64,000 bases of DNA from Hydrolagus affinis. Lineage: Eukaryota. Below, in pieces: positions 25,490-37,440 of this stretch (its first letter is position 1; each line of letters starts with the position of its first letter). The position numbers and the translations under genes are program-made. The stretch covers positions 1-64,000 of the forward strand of contig JAAILG010001041.1 in the NCBI GenBank assembly GCA_012026655.1, read 5' to 3'. A model generated the notes under the pieces. That model made no database searches. It was not told the origin of the DNA and saw only the letters and a program-made list of their open reading frames with translations.

Positions 25490-26197
25490 TATTTTCTTTT
25501 TAATGATTTAGAAGCGCGATGAGCATCCGGACGAAGAGTTATCCCAAGTTTCCGGAGCCTGGAATAGATACTCTCTCTCTCTTGCTCCTGCCGTCCCTCT
25601 GCTCTAAGCTGCACACTGTGCTCCTGCTCCCAGTCATATTGGTGGCGAGCGACGTAATCATCTTTTAAAAGCAGTTGCTGACAGCTGCAAATTACTGTGC
25701 GAGCTCCTTTTATTTCCCTTTTCTTTCTGGGATTTGCTTGAATCCATGTGACCAAGCTAATGTGACCACTCTCCGTGCGTGCGAGAGCGTTTCCTACCCC
25801 CTTCCTCACCCACCCCACTCCCCCATAATAACCTGAATTGTACCATTTTTGGGGGGGTGAGGTGGGGAGGGAGGGAGAGATTGTTACTTGTCTGTCATGT
25901 GGGCTCTGGATTCTGTTGCAGTGTTGTTCATTGTACGGGCAACTGGAATCCTTTTTAATTTTGTCTTGTTAAGCGTTTGCGACGAGAGAGAGAGAGAGAG
26001 AAAATGGGCAAAGGCTGCAGCCTTTTCATATGCTGCTGGCTCTGCAGAATTTAAATTGTCGACAAAATGGCCGTGTCTCATTAACCCCTCCATGCCTAGT
26101 TGGTGGCTTCCATGACAAATGAAGCCGCACAGCAAATCTCTTTCTTCTTCCTTCCTTCCTTCCTCTCCCTCTCTTCCTCCCACATCCCCACAAGCAG

Positions 26198-26230
<33 letters not shown>

Positions 26231-27180
26231 TACATTCCTTTTCAGTCAGAAAAGCAATCAAATGATTTTGTGGCTCGGTCGACTTAATTCATAAGGTGCT
26301 CGCAACAATTCATCTCTCCATGTTAATGGGATCTGGGAAACCCGCCACGCTTTGAACATTGCTGAGGAGAGATCTGAGGCTCAGAGAGTTAAACGGTGAT
26401 TTATTAATGGGTGATTTTTTTTGGGTGTGATATTTTTTTTAAATTGGACTCTGTCGGCAACCGGAGAAATGCTACAGTTTGTGATAAAATGCGCTGAACG
26501 CTTTGTCCGGGGGGGGGTGGGGGGGGTGGGGGGGTGGGGGGGGTGGGGGGGTGGTGGGGAGGGAGTCAGGAGGGGGTTGCAGTCGTTGCGGGAAAGGCCT
26601 TCATAAGCCACAATATTCACAAGCAGCTGAAAAATGCACGCACACTCAAGCCTCCTCTCTAAAGTGCCCAGTGTTTCATTTGCGGAAGATGATGCTCAAT
26701 ATTATCTCCGCTGAATGCATTTTGAAATGGTTGGCGTGTGAGATTCCTCTAATTACATCCTAATATTCCCCTCCTATTATTTTTTTTCTCTCTCTCTCTC
26801 TCTTCCACCTCCACCCCACCGCCCCCACACCCAGCCCCTCTCCACTCCACACCATCACCACCATTCCTCCCCACATATCTCCCCTGAAAATATCAAGGGA
26901 TTGTACTTTGACATGGGATGAGCCCAGTGAATATTAATGGTTGGCTGATTCTGAATTCATGAAGTGGACAAACAGATCATCGGGGAGCTTTAGGAAGAGG
27001 GAGAATAATACATTTGTCATTTCAGGGCTTGGACTTTTATCGCCAGCTACCGTTATAAGATTTGCATTTTTAATTACATAACCGAGGAGCTCTAACGAGA
27101 TAAACTTCAGCTTGCTCTGCTGTAAATGTGATTTTAACAGGTAATTAATTTTATCAGGAGACATTAACAAGTTGATTTAA
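25490..27180. promoter_or_regulatory. Transposon-free cluster of candidate regulatory/conserved non-coding blocks separated by simple repeats
   Basis: No SINE or LINE over about 1.7 kb. CpGs are retained at 25490-25800, with ATTGG (25638), GACGTAA (25651) and TTTTAAAA (25663). Octamer ATTTGCAT (27060) and TAATTA motifs lie in 26900-27180. Function is inferred. Confidence 0.35.
26508..26578 (+). repeat. G-run tract with G-quadruplex potential
   Basis: More than six runs of 4-10 G separated by single T. Confidence 0.9.
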
Positions 27181-28734
27181 ATTTTTTTAAATGTATAAAA
27201 TAAATAAGTATATACATATTTTGCTGTCATAAATACGGAGAGATTCCACGCGGGTCTAGATTTACTCTCCTTATCGCAAGCATTCCAGAGCAGAATTTTG
27301 TTAATTATCAAACACAGTCTGTGAGTCTGGTTGTCTTGTAACTAACTTTGTTGTAAGAAGGGCAGGAAAGCAGTTTCAGAGCTGAGGCTCAACATAACAA
27401 TTTACAAATTCTGGAGTTCTAATACGCAGCCGCACCATAAATTAGGTAAATCTATACCGAGGTAGGAATATCCTGATGGGAAAGATGGGACACTGATGGG
27501 AATTGGTATCAGGAACACACTTCTCCACCATGTCCTGTGTAAAGGTATAGCAAGTACATTGGTTTATCATATTGCTGGTGCACTTCTACTTTGATGTAGA
27601 CCTTTAACATCGATGTAGTAAAATGTAATATAATGCAATCTAAATAGGTAAGTTAATGAGGTTATGTGTAACACAATATTATATAGGTTTGGTGTTCAGG
27701 AAGGAAGGATGAGGCCTCTTATAGGCCGAAGAGCTTTCCTAATCTGAACCTTTCTTGTGATTGCATGAAACTAAGGTGAATTGGAAGAAGGTTTGTTGAT
27801 GTTTAGAGGTACCGCTGTACTACATCGCAGAAGTGAGTCAGAAAAGTCACGAGGAACACGATTTGAGACTGTAAATGATTGTAATGAAACAAGATGCTCA
27901 GAACAATCGGAGAAAGATTAGATGGAAGAAGACTATCGAGTTATGGAGCGATAGAAGGAAGATCGACTTAAAACAAATGAAACCTGAATAGAGAGCGGGC
28001 AGGAGTCTTGAGGAGAGGCAGAAAGAAATTCCAATTAAGAGGGAACGTTTTAAAAAAAATTAAAATATCTGCATCCAGTTGGTATATTGCAATACCCAAT
28101 GTTTTGTACAATATGGGAATAAATGTAGATTTGTTTTAAGTTTTTTTTTAGTGTGTGGATAGGTTTGAACAGAAGGAAATTTGTAATTACTTTTTATAAA
28201 GCTCCATGTGAGCAGATTATTTAATAAGCAATAAACAGTGCATTAGATGATAATTAATAGATACCATTGATTGCTTTAACACATGGCGTTGCATGTGCTA
28301 CTTAAGCAACAGTGGGTAACTGTTAACTATCTCTGGTAGGGATGGAGCCCCAGACTGATTGCACTGAGCTGAGTGAAAGTGAATGCAGTGAAAGCTGTTC
28401 TCTATATACGTTCCTAGTATCAGATCGCACTGCTGATCATTGGATCCATCACCCGCAACTATTGACATGACCTGATTTCATTATTAAATGCACGAATAAG
28501 TTGTTGTTTTTTCATATTGATTGGGTTCAACCACAGTATATTCACATCGGGTCCATCAGCTAACACAATTTTTAGTATTGATCCCGAAATTCAAATTGTT
28601 TTTTGAAAATTAGAGAAAGAATTAGCATTTTTATAGCCCTTTCCCACATTGAAACATCTCTAAGTGTGTCACCAATAATTACTGTCAAGTGTAGCAACGT
28701 TTTTATATGTAGGCACAGGGTATTATGCGTATGC

Positions 28735-28813
28735 TTTACACATACCGTGTGAAGCGCTTTGTGATGTCCTCCCAACATGAAAGGCGCTACATCAAATGCA
28801 AGGATTATTATTA
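28735..28813 (+). mobile_element. SINE 3' tail
   Basis: GTGAAGCGCTTTGTGATGTCC...TGAAAGGCGCTACATCAAATGCAAGGATTATTATTA. Confidence 0.8.
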
Positions 28814-28957
28814 CAGTATTATGATCCAATAAGAGGGCAATATTTCAAATGACATGCTTTGATGTATTAGTGACAATCTGGTACATTACATTTTTAAAAA
28901 GCAAATAGCTTATCAACAATATTTCACTGGGGTAAATTAGACTTGTGTGTCTGTGTG

Positions 28958-29216
28958 CGCTCTTTCTCTCCTTTTTTCTCTCTCTCTGCTTCCAACCTCT
29001 GGAACTCCATCCCGCAGTCCCTTTGCCTTGCCGCCCTCCCTAGCCTCGCCAGGACCCTCCTCTTCGACTGTCCCGTCTGTCACCCCAAATCCCCCCTTTC
29101 CCTCCACCCTTCCCGTCCGCAACCCCAGCTCGGGTCTGAAACGATGACTGTCCAGGAGGGCCTTGGGAGGCCTTCCTGACATGTAAGATGCTATTTTGTT
29201 GTTGTTGTTGTTGTTG
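28958..29216 (+). mobile_element. L2 LINE 3' end (ORF2 C-terminus, pyrimidine-rich 3' UTR and TTG tail)
   Basis: ORF 28943..29179 reads RSFS...SASNLWNSIPQSL...TLLFD, matching the RAFSxxAPxLWNSLP...KTxLF C-terminus of L2-clade ORF2. Ends in (TTG)n. Confidence 0.85.
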
Positions 29217-30017
29217 CTATGAGCGTCTTTCTAAGGGGACAAGCAAACGCAGGAAAATAACAGTGATTATTGCACACTGTGACGTAAACCTTTTCAATGC
29301 ATTGTAAGATTAAAGAAAAAATAGTGCAAATATCAAAATGTTTTTAAAAAAAATGCAAACCAGCTGCAGGAAACTATACCAAACCTCCTTTCTGTCTAGG
29401 ACATTTCTGTCTTGACGGGCTGGCCAGCTGTGAGGTGGTGAGATGCACCAATGTGAATGGACTATTTTTGTTCCGAGTCACTAACTTGCATTGCACAAAG
29501 TCTCTGAATCATTATCTAGACACAGTGTGTGCATTGCACGTTCCACTCGTACTTTTTCTATATCCCCTTGTCTGAGAGCCAGCCAGCCACCAGCCAGCCA
29601 GCCAGCCAGCGCCCCTGAATACATCTACTGTACTTAGCAGTTAAAAATAAAAATTCATTGTAGGACAGCACGACTTGACACCGTTCCAAAGACATATTAC
29701 AGGTAGTGTTATTTATTGTGCCAGAGTTCATAGAAGTGTTTCCTTAAAGAACAGTCGGAGCTTCTAAAAAGCCCATCTGCTATCAGATGGAGCAGATTTA
29801 TGTCGCTGGAGGCAGGAAGGGCAGGCAGAGCAGCAAAACAAGACAGATTCTCAAAGGAAAAACCTCCATTCTCACCCATCCCCCTCTACCGCCTTCTCTC
29901 TCTCACACACACAACAATTTCTCTATCATAGTCAACGTCCACTTGCCCACAGATCAGGCAATGAGCTGCTTGCTATAATGAACATTAATTGTACTTATTT
30001 ATACCACCAATCAAAGA

Positions 30018-30100
30018 CAATAATAATAATCCTTGCATTTGATAAAGCGCCCTATCACGTCTTTGAGATGTCTCAAAGTGCTTTGCGGAGTATACTGTGC
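30018..30100 (-). mobile_element. SINE 3' tail
   Basis: (AAT)n-CCTTGCATTTGATAAAGCGCC...GAGATGTCTCAAAGTGCTTT. Confidence 0.8.
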
Positions 30101-30859
30101 ACTGTAATAATAAAGTCCTGTTGGAACGGAGTGATTAACTCTCACTTCACGCTCACCTAACCCCAGAGGTGATTAATTATTAGGCGCAGGACACAACAGT
30201 GACCCTACAGTGTGCTCGTGGCCACACTAAAATACACCAATATTAAAGAAGCGACAACATTTTGTCATTTTGTAGATGCTCTGATGAAATGATTTTGTCA
30301 CACATTTGTCTCGATGGCAAAATTGTTGGAAGTGACTTCCGACTGTGTTTGATGTTGGGGGATATCGTTGCGTGCTGGTGAAAGGTGAGCGTCGACATGG
30401 CAGGGTTGCGAAAGCGATATCCTATTGTCGTCCGGAAATTCTGGGGCAGAGGCTGAATCTTAAACAAAGTTTTCCAATCAATATCATTCAATGCTTATTG
30501 ATTTAAAAATTAGCCCAATATGTGGCTGTAAAACATGGTCTACACTAAACAGTGCTTTGGCATTTTACAGAATAGCTAGTGTGGTTTATTCATTTTTTTT
30601 AACAGACGTCCCTTTACCAGTAGTTGAGGACATTTCCTGTAGCTATCTAATTATTAGGGAGTAAGTAAAATAACACCAGTTTGAGATATACCCTTATAGT
30701 GCTCATCCCATCCGATTCGGCACATTACATCTAAAAATCATCAGTCAGTCTGCGAGGATATTGTAAGCCATTTCCTGATGAGTGATGTGTTTACAGAAAT
30801 GTAATGCTGGACAGCGTTTGGTGCTGGAGGAAAATGCTATTTAACTCTTCATCAGCCAG

Positions 30860-31061
30860 GCCCAGTGTCCTGGCCAACAATTCTTACCAGATAAAACCAG
30901 TCATTCACTCCACAACTGTTTGTAGCACCTTGTTCTGTGCAAATTGGCTGTAGCGTTCGCCCGCAAAATACACAGCCACCACACTTCACAGTAAATCCTG
31001 TCAAGAGCTTTGAGACAATGTGAAAGTTGCTATATCGAGTGAGTGCAAGGAATATTATGAT
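30860..31061 (+). mobile_element. Deu-domain SINE 3' half
   Basis: CCCAGTGTCCTGGCCAACAATT...AAATTGGCTG...GTGAAAGTTGCTATATC. Confidence 0.75.
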
Positions 31062-31449
31062 TGCTTCGTTTCTTTACAGTATCTACACCGGCAGCAGCAA
31101 CTTGAATTTATCTAGCACCCTTCGCACAGGATAGCACTTCAGAGCGCTGCACAGTGGTCGGCAGCAAGGGGAAGGGACAATGTGTTTTCCAAGCGACTTT
31201 GTGTCTGGGTGAGAATCTTCAAAATGCGCCTGCATTAATGCAGAATTTGTTTATCAACGAAAGGAGATACAGTGACAAACTATTTGGAAGAGCTGAGCTG
31301 GTGTGTTCCTTTGCGCAGACAGACTCTTCGGTATCTGCACAATGAGTGTTTTATTATTTTTGCTGAAAATAAATCTTAAAAATCCTCTAACGGTGCAAGC
31401 TGGGATCGTGCTGAAAGAGCATTCGTGGTACATAAGAAACATTACGGGA

Positions 31450-31652
31450 ACAAACATTGAATCTGCTGGAAACTGGGTCAATCGGCATCTGATAGAGAGC
31501 AAGAGGTTAATGTTTTGGGTGTGACCTCCCATCAGTGCAGTGAAACATTAACCCCCCCCACCACCCCCATCCCCACTGCCTATCTTTCTCTATCACTTCC
31601 CGGCTGAGCTGATGAGCATTTGTGGTTTTATATTTCTGATTTACAGCATCAA
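31450..31652. mobile_element. Degenerate second copy of the Penelope-like fold-back element
   Basis: GCTGGAAAC...GCATCTGATAGAGAG...GTTAATGTTTTGGGTGTGACCTCCCATCAG matches the left arm at 2004-2085. GAAACATTAACC...TTTCTGATTTACAGCATC matches the right arm. Confidence 0.6.
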
Positions 31653-31900
31653 AGCTGAATACTACGAGTGGCTTGTCCAACCCCAACAATCAACACTGCC
31701 CAAAAACCTGACACTCTGACATTTGAACTCTTATTGGTTGCGTAAGCTGTGGTGTGTGATGTGTACTGTTATCACCTGCGATGATTATTACATCAAACAC
31801 CACATTTCTTTCCCCGTTCATCTCCCAGTTTCCAATGAGTGACCACCTGCATGGAGCTTGCCACAACTGCTTCGGGTTAGTTTGGTTGTTGGCTCTTTTT

Positions 31901-32154
31901 AATAATAATAATAATAATAATCCTCGCATTTGATATAGCGCTTTTCACATCTTATTGACATCTCAAAGCGCTTCACAGAATATACTGTAAAGTGAATCAA
32001 CTGTATATCTGTGGGCGAAATACAGCAGCCAATTGCGCACAGCAGCGTCCCACAAACATTCGTGGATTGAAATGACCAATTTCATTATTGTGTTTTTTTT
32101 TGGATACATTATTATTAGGCGTGTGGAGTAAGGAAACTTGACCAAGGTTTTGCC
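31901..32154 (-). mobile_element. Short-form SINE lacking the tRNA head
   Basis: High identity to 20045-20293 and 36617-36860; (AAT)7 tail. Confidence 0.9.
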
Positions 32155-33394
32155 AAGCAACAGGAGGCAATAGGACAGTGCAAAGTGGTCGTGGTGATTC
32201 ACTGCTCGTGAACTTCTGTGATGGTCCTTGCACAGGCAAACATCTCCACTGTGTGAGTCAGTCTGCTTAGGGTCTCAGGGTCTCACCGCAAGGTGCACAA
32301 AGCTGAGTTGGGTGTGTGACTCACCTGCTTGTTGAGAGCCCAGCTGAAATCCCTTCATGGGGGGGATCTTAAACCAATAATCATCCAATTTCTTCTGTGT
32401 TGGCCATGGAATTCGTTTTGTGGTGCATTGGAGACAGTCACGTAGCGGTTTGGTAAATACTTTGTTTCAAAACACACGCTGTTCTCATTTGGCCGTCTTG
32501 CCTGCAGTTACACGGTGGTTAACGCTGGCAGACTCCTGTGCGGGATGAGAGATTCGGGGAAAAACAAGAATAAAGAGAAGTTGCAAGAGTTGCCGTTTCT
32601 GAAAATGCAAAAAATGCTTTTCAGACAAATTTATGGAGCGATTTTGCAAACAGCCCATTTGTCGAGACCTCTCATTTCCTAATGGGAAAAGGCTGCCTCA
32701 AAGTGACGACCGCTCCCTTTGTTTTAACTCTTCAGAATTGTAGGGCTCGGAAAATGATACCACAAGCCTTGACTGAACTTTGTACAGTGTATGTTTCTCT
32801 ACACTTTGGCCTATTCTGATATTGGTGGGAAAAGAAGAGTTTATTTTAACTAATCGTAGGTGATAAAGTAAATACCCAGCTCTGCACTGGCTGGTGTGTG
32901 GTGCAAAATCACCCAGGGCTTTCACTGTTGCGTTGCGGGTTAATAGATTTTTGTCTGATGCCTCGACTTTCCAACAAGTTGTGATTTATATCACAGAATT
33001 TAATATTCTAATATTGACGAGAGTCTGGATTAAATTAGTAGCTGATTTCCTAATATAGAACAGACGGTGGCTAAAAGGATAGACGAAAAGACTTCTAGAT
33101 TCAGCAGCAGGCTAAGGGTGGATGCGTTGGAAATCTAATAGTCTCCGGGTTAAAATGTCACACTGTTGCCAAAAGCCTTTTCACTTCTCGTCATGCGGCT
33201 GCTGTAACACAAAAGTCCCCAATGATTTAGATGTAGCCAAATTTGATCCCCCTTTAGGCCACAAGCGCAGCTGAATAAAAGTACAAATTTGACGTTTTCA
33301 CAGTATCTGGTTCATTGGGCAAGTGGAGGTTATCTGGGCTGGATCACTGCCAGACCTGCAGACCTGTTAGGGTATTCTCAGTCATGGCTTTTCT

Positions 33395-33500
33395 TATCCA
33401 TCTGCCTTTGCTTGCCTGGATGTCTAATCTCTCTATATGCCTCGTGGAAGCCATCCTATTGATTTCTGTGTCTCTATAAACCTTGGTCGTGTTCAATGCT
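33395..33500 (+). pseudogene. Possible highly decayed L2 ORF2 fragment
   Basis: Translates to AWMSNL...EAILL, followed by NLG, resembling the WMSxNxLxLNxxKTE...NLGV motif downstream of the RT domain. Confidence 0.25.
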
Positions 33501-34967
33501 TGTTAGACATCTGAAGGAATATACACTCAGCTCCCAGGGCAATTTGACTGAGGAGCTTGATAGCTACTTGTAGGAAGTTTCCAAAGGGTAGTGGACAATC
33601 TAATCAAAATGATACACCTCTGAAGAACTCGTTTAGCATTTCTACCCAACACTCTACCTCCTCCAAAGCACTTTTCAGCAAGTGCTATAAAGGCATCCAC
33701 TCAAACATATGGAACCTATGTTAAATTTCAGGGGCTGGAATTTGAAATGTTTGCTCTGATCGAAAGAGACCGAGAGACTTTTATCTTCTGGTAACCTGTC
33801 GGTCTCGGAGAAAGACACGGGAGCCTTTCACAAGGAAGTGGCCACAGTGAAGAACTGAGACGCTTCTATTGGTGATACGGTGTCTGCAAAACCAGCTGGG
33901 AAATGGATCCACCTCTGAAAATGCCAGCACAGATTCCAGCACTGCCGAGATATGGATCCCTTATTTTAATAACCAATTAAGCTCTTGTCACATTTGGACC
34001 TGTTTTCTATCGTGCTGCGCTTGCGTAGTAAATGATAACAACTAAAATGTGATTTAAAACTATTTTTAAGAGCGAAGTGTTGAATCCTTTACGTGCCCTG
34101 GATACATCTGATTGTCTTAACGTAACGCTGGCCAAATGTGTCGGAAAAGCTGGAAACACATAGCAGAAAAGCAAAATTACACAACGGTGCACAAATTGCT
34201 CCCATATTTTGATGTGTTTTCCAACATTTGACTCTGTTTAAAGAATACACTTCAGTGCCATGGATTTTTGTTTTTTTTTAAGGCCCGTAAAACAAATGAC
34301 TAACATTACTATTTGTGGGTTGTCTAAAATTACCAATCGAGAGGTTTTGAAATGTGTTTTCTTTGCGCTGTGAGTTCCAGCCGGCGTTCACTGGCAAGGC
34401 AGGAATCTATAGGTGGACATCATGCATAAAATATCACTCACACGCACGCTTTATTATTTTTCTTACTAATGTTGTATTGTGATTTCATGTTTTAGCTAAT
34501 TATGTTTAATCTGTTGTGTTTCAGCTTGACTGGGGCAATTGTTTCACATTAAAGGGTAATTTCCTTTAAATAAAATTGCCTCTGGGCAGTTAAGCATTAG
34601 GGAATAAAAATACTGGCAGAAGGAAAAGTGGAAATTATTTTGACAAAGGAATTAGGTCTGTGGATGAACCCTTTGGCATAAAGCTGCACCATCTGTTTTT
34701 TTTCCTTTAAATTTAGACAAAAGATCTATGTGCTTGGCTCCGTAGAAAGAAGGAATAGATGCACAGCAAAACATTAGGTTTGTGCTACAACAACAACAAC
34801 TTGCGGTTATATAGCACCCTCCACGCCCGGCAGCGTCTCCGAATGCTTAACAGTGCCGGAGCCTGTCTCTGAGCTGGTGGGGCCTGGGGGGGGGGGGTGG
34901 GGGGGGGTGCGAGGACTCCTGTATGGCAAACAGCAACACAAATTGATTTATAACTACTGTATGTTTG

Positions 34968-35372
34968 TAATGATTCTTGCGCCTTTCACAGCAGGAGGAT
35001 GTCTCAAAGCGCTTCACAATACTTACAGTGAAGTGCAGTCACTGCGTATTTGTGGGTGAACACAGCAGTCAATTTGCACACAGCAATGTCACACAAACCA
35101 AGCCAAGAAGCGAGTGACCAATTTTATCTGGGGAATTGTCGGCCGGACGCTGAGCGAAACTCTTTTCTCTTTTGGAGTTAGTGTTATGGGATCTTAACAG
35201 CCGTCTAAATAGGCATAGGACCCTGGGGTTTGATGCTTCATCCAGAGGACGGTATTGCTGACAATGCAGTTCTCCCCTAAAAGGTTTGTCAGCCTAGACC
35301 ATGAGCTCAAAGTCCTGTTGTGGAGCTTCAACCCACAGCATTCTGACTCCAAGATGAGAATGCTACTGATTG
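34968..35372 (-). mobile_element. Deu-domain SINE, long form, near full length
   Basis: Tail, Deu core (TATGGGATCTTAAC) and tRNA head (CAACCCACAGCATTCTGACTC...TGCTAC) are all colinear on the minus strand. Confidence 0.8.
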
Positions 35373-35857
35373 GGTGGGGTGGGGGGCAGTTTCAGGGAGG
35401 GGTAAGTTGACCACAGCTACCTGAATGATATCCTCACATGCGGTCTGTTTGCTGTAATATGGCCTCTGTCCACTTGCTGATTGAAACAAGTATCCTTCCC
35501 CTTGCCCTTACATTTTGGATGCATTGGGGGAGATAAGCAACATTATGTGGCGCTTTTCAGTAGTTAAGCACACATTGCTCAAGTGCCCACTTACACCTAT
35601 TGTTCTCTTCCACTCGTGTTCGCACCTTGCAGGCATCAGTTTGTATTCACCTGAGGATGAGTGAAAGGGAAATGCAACACAGGCCGCCTCTGCCACGTCC
35701 ATCTCTCAGTACCTATTCAAACTTGAAACGCTGCTCACCTTAAACACGTACTGAAGGGTTTGTTTCCAGCTGCTCGCGAGCACTTCCACAGTGCGCTGTG
35801 GAAGAGGTTACTATCGGACACACTCGCCTGTGAAGCACAATTATAATTTGTATGTTT

Positions 35858-35914
35858 TGGGACGTTCTCCCAACATGAAAGGCACTCTAGAAGTGTAATG
35901 TTGTTGTTGTTGTT
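35858..35914 (+). mobile_element. L2 3' tail
   Basis: TGGGACGTTCTCCCAACATGAAAGGCACTCTAGAAGTGTAATG(TTG)n. Similar stubs at about 34788(-), 41065, 45395, 49960(-) and 53065. Confidence 0.75.
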
Positions 35915-36616
35915 TAGCTTCAACTAGTAATTTAGTGGAAGGTGTTCTGGAAGTGCCAAAGCGACTGTTACAGTAAATGTACTGATGTATTTAAGAGACA
36001 ACAGGATAGGTGCTTGTAAGAGAAGGGAATGGAGGGGGTGTGGGAGAGGGGAATCGGGTGGGCTTTGTTATATTTTATGTTTGTCGAAATGCAGAATTTC
36101 AAGACTGACGCACACCATCTTATTTTGGCCTTCAGCATCGTCATCAGTTCATCAGGGCTCTGCATTATATAAAAGCACAATTTGATGCCTGTATTTATCT
36201 CCACAGAGCCACACACTGCAGGGACTGAAAAGTATAGAGAAGTCTGCTGTTTGTTTGCTCTCCTGGCTCGTGCCTTGGTGGGCTGCTAATGGAAGAGTGA
36301 AATTTGTCAGGCTCCTCTGTTGCTGCTTTCAAATGAGGCCAGTAACATGATTTGTTGTCATCGCCGGCTCCTCTCCATTGCTGCCCTGATCCTGTCGATA
36401 TGTGCTGAACCTGCAGTGTTTTATTTCTGAAGTAGTAGTGGTCTGGACACCAATTTATACTGGAAATTACACACGAGCAAGTTTGCATGTCTGAATTACT
36501 CAGGATCAGAAGCATTTCATAGGTTTGAACTTACCGGATAAACATCAAGTTCAGCGGGTTGCACACCGACTGTATTATGCCAACGAAGACTGTGTATTTT
36601 GTGGGCATTATAAGTG

Positions 36617-36932
36617 AATAATAATAGTTGTTGCATTTGATATAGCGCTTTTCACGTCTTCTAGACGTCTCAAAGCGCTTCACTGAGTATACTGTAAAGT
36701 GAATTGACTGTATATTTGTGGGCGAAACGCGGCAGCCAATTACGCACAGCAGTATCCCACAAACAATTGTAGATTGAAATGACCAATTTTATTGTTGTGG
36801 TTTTTTGAGGGATTATTATTAGACGTGTGGAGTAAGAAAACTTGCCCAACGTTTTGCCCTGACCTACCTGGATTCGAACACAGGTTTTGCGCTTGTAAGG
36901 CAAGTGCTCTAACCATTGAGCTACAAGACTCC
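36617..36932 (-). mobile_element. Full-length short-form tRNA-derived SINE with intact Pol III A and B boxes (elephant-shark SINE2-like, from memory)
   Basis: The minus strand begins GGAGTCTTGTAGCTCAATGGTTAGAGCACTTGCCTTACAAGCG...GTTCGAATCC, with the A box at 36913-36923 and the B box at 36870-36879. The body and (TTA)n tail are shared with other copies. Confidence 0.92.
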
Positions 36933-37014
36933 ACAATTTATCAACTGCAAGGACTACCATTTTTACCATTATTATTCTTTTGCTTTGAATTTAGTTTGAG
37001 ACTGATCCTGTTTG

Positions 37015-37440
37015 GAAAGGACGTTTCAGCCTTGGACTACAAGAGGTCACAGACTGGGCTAAGAACCAGCAGGGGTTGGCCTGGGGACAAGTCCAGGGGA
37101 ATGTGCCAAGCACTCGGGGTGACAGCCCTGGGTGCAGTAATGACAAAAGGTAGTGTTTGCTGCCTGAGTAAAGTAGTGGAGTAAAGTGGGAAGTAAAGTA
37201 AGGCGGTGAAAGCGAGTGAAGTGACAAAGCGGAAGTGGTAGATACCAGTACACTTCGTGTGTGGTCTTGGCTCGGAGAAAGAAACAGTGAGAAACTGATG
37301 ATGTTGGTAAATTGATTGTAGCCTGGACAATGTCCCCGGAGATACCAATGTAGATAGCACAGCAAAGACTTACAGTTGGAGACATATACACAATGGGAAG
37401 CATTATTAGTTTGGTGCACATCCCAAACTCTGACCACGAC
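37015..37440 (-). pseudogene. Penelope-like element remnant: frameshifted GIY-YIG endonuclease plus decayed hammerhead
   Basis: Joining three overlapping minus-strand ORFs gives NASHCVYVSNCKSL/CCAIYIGISG/TLSRLQSIYQHHQ...P...HF...LLRQQ...AVTP. This matches the PLE pattern VYxIxCxxCxxxYIGETGxxLxxRxxxH...HF...P. Downstream lies CTGTGA-hairpin-GAAACGTC (37052-37020). Confidence 0.65.

Noticed and set aside
30774-30805. CTGATGA...GAAA hammerhead-like motif
   Set aside because: Stem II is weak, there is no convincing stem I or III, and such spacing is expected by chance in 64 kb.
33766-33806. Outward-facing GAGACC/GGTCTC (BsaI-like) pair suggesting an engineered insert
   Set aside because: It is only an 8-bp inverted repeat, expected by chance, and there is no vector or synthetic context.
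36860-36932. tRNA-Val(TAC)-like gene on the minus strand
   Set aside because: The D arm and the A/B boxes are good, but the acceptor and anticodon stems pair poorly and the sequence runs straight into a repeated SINE body. It is a SINE head.
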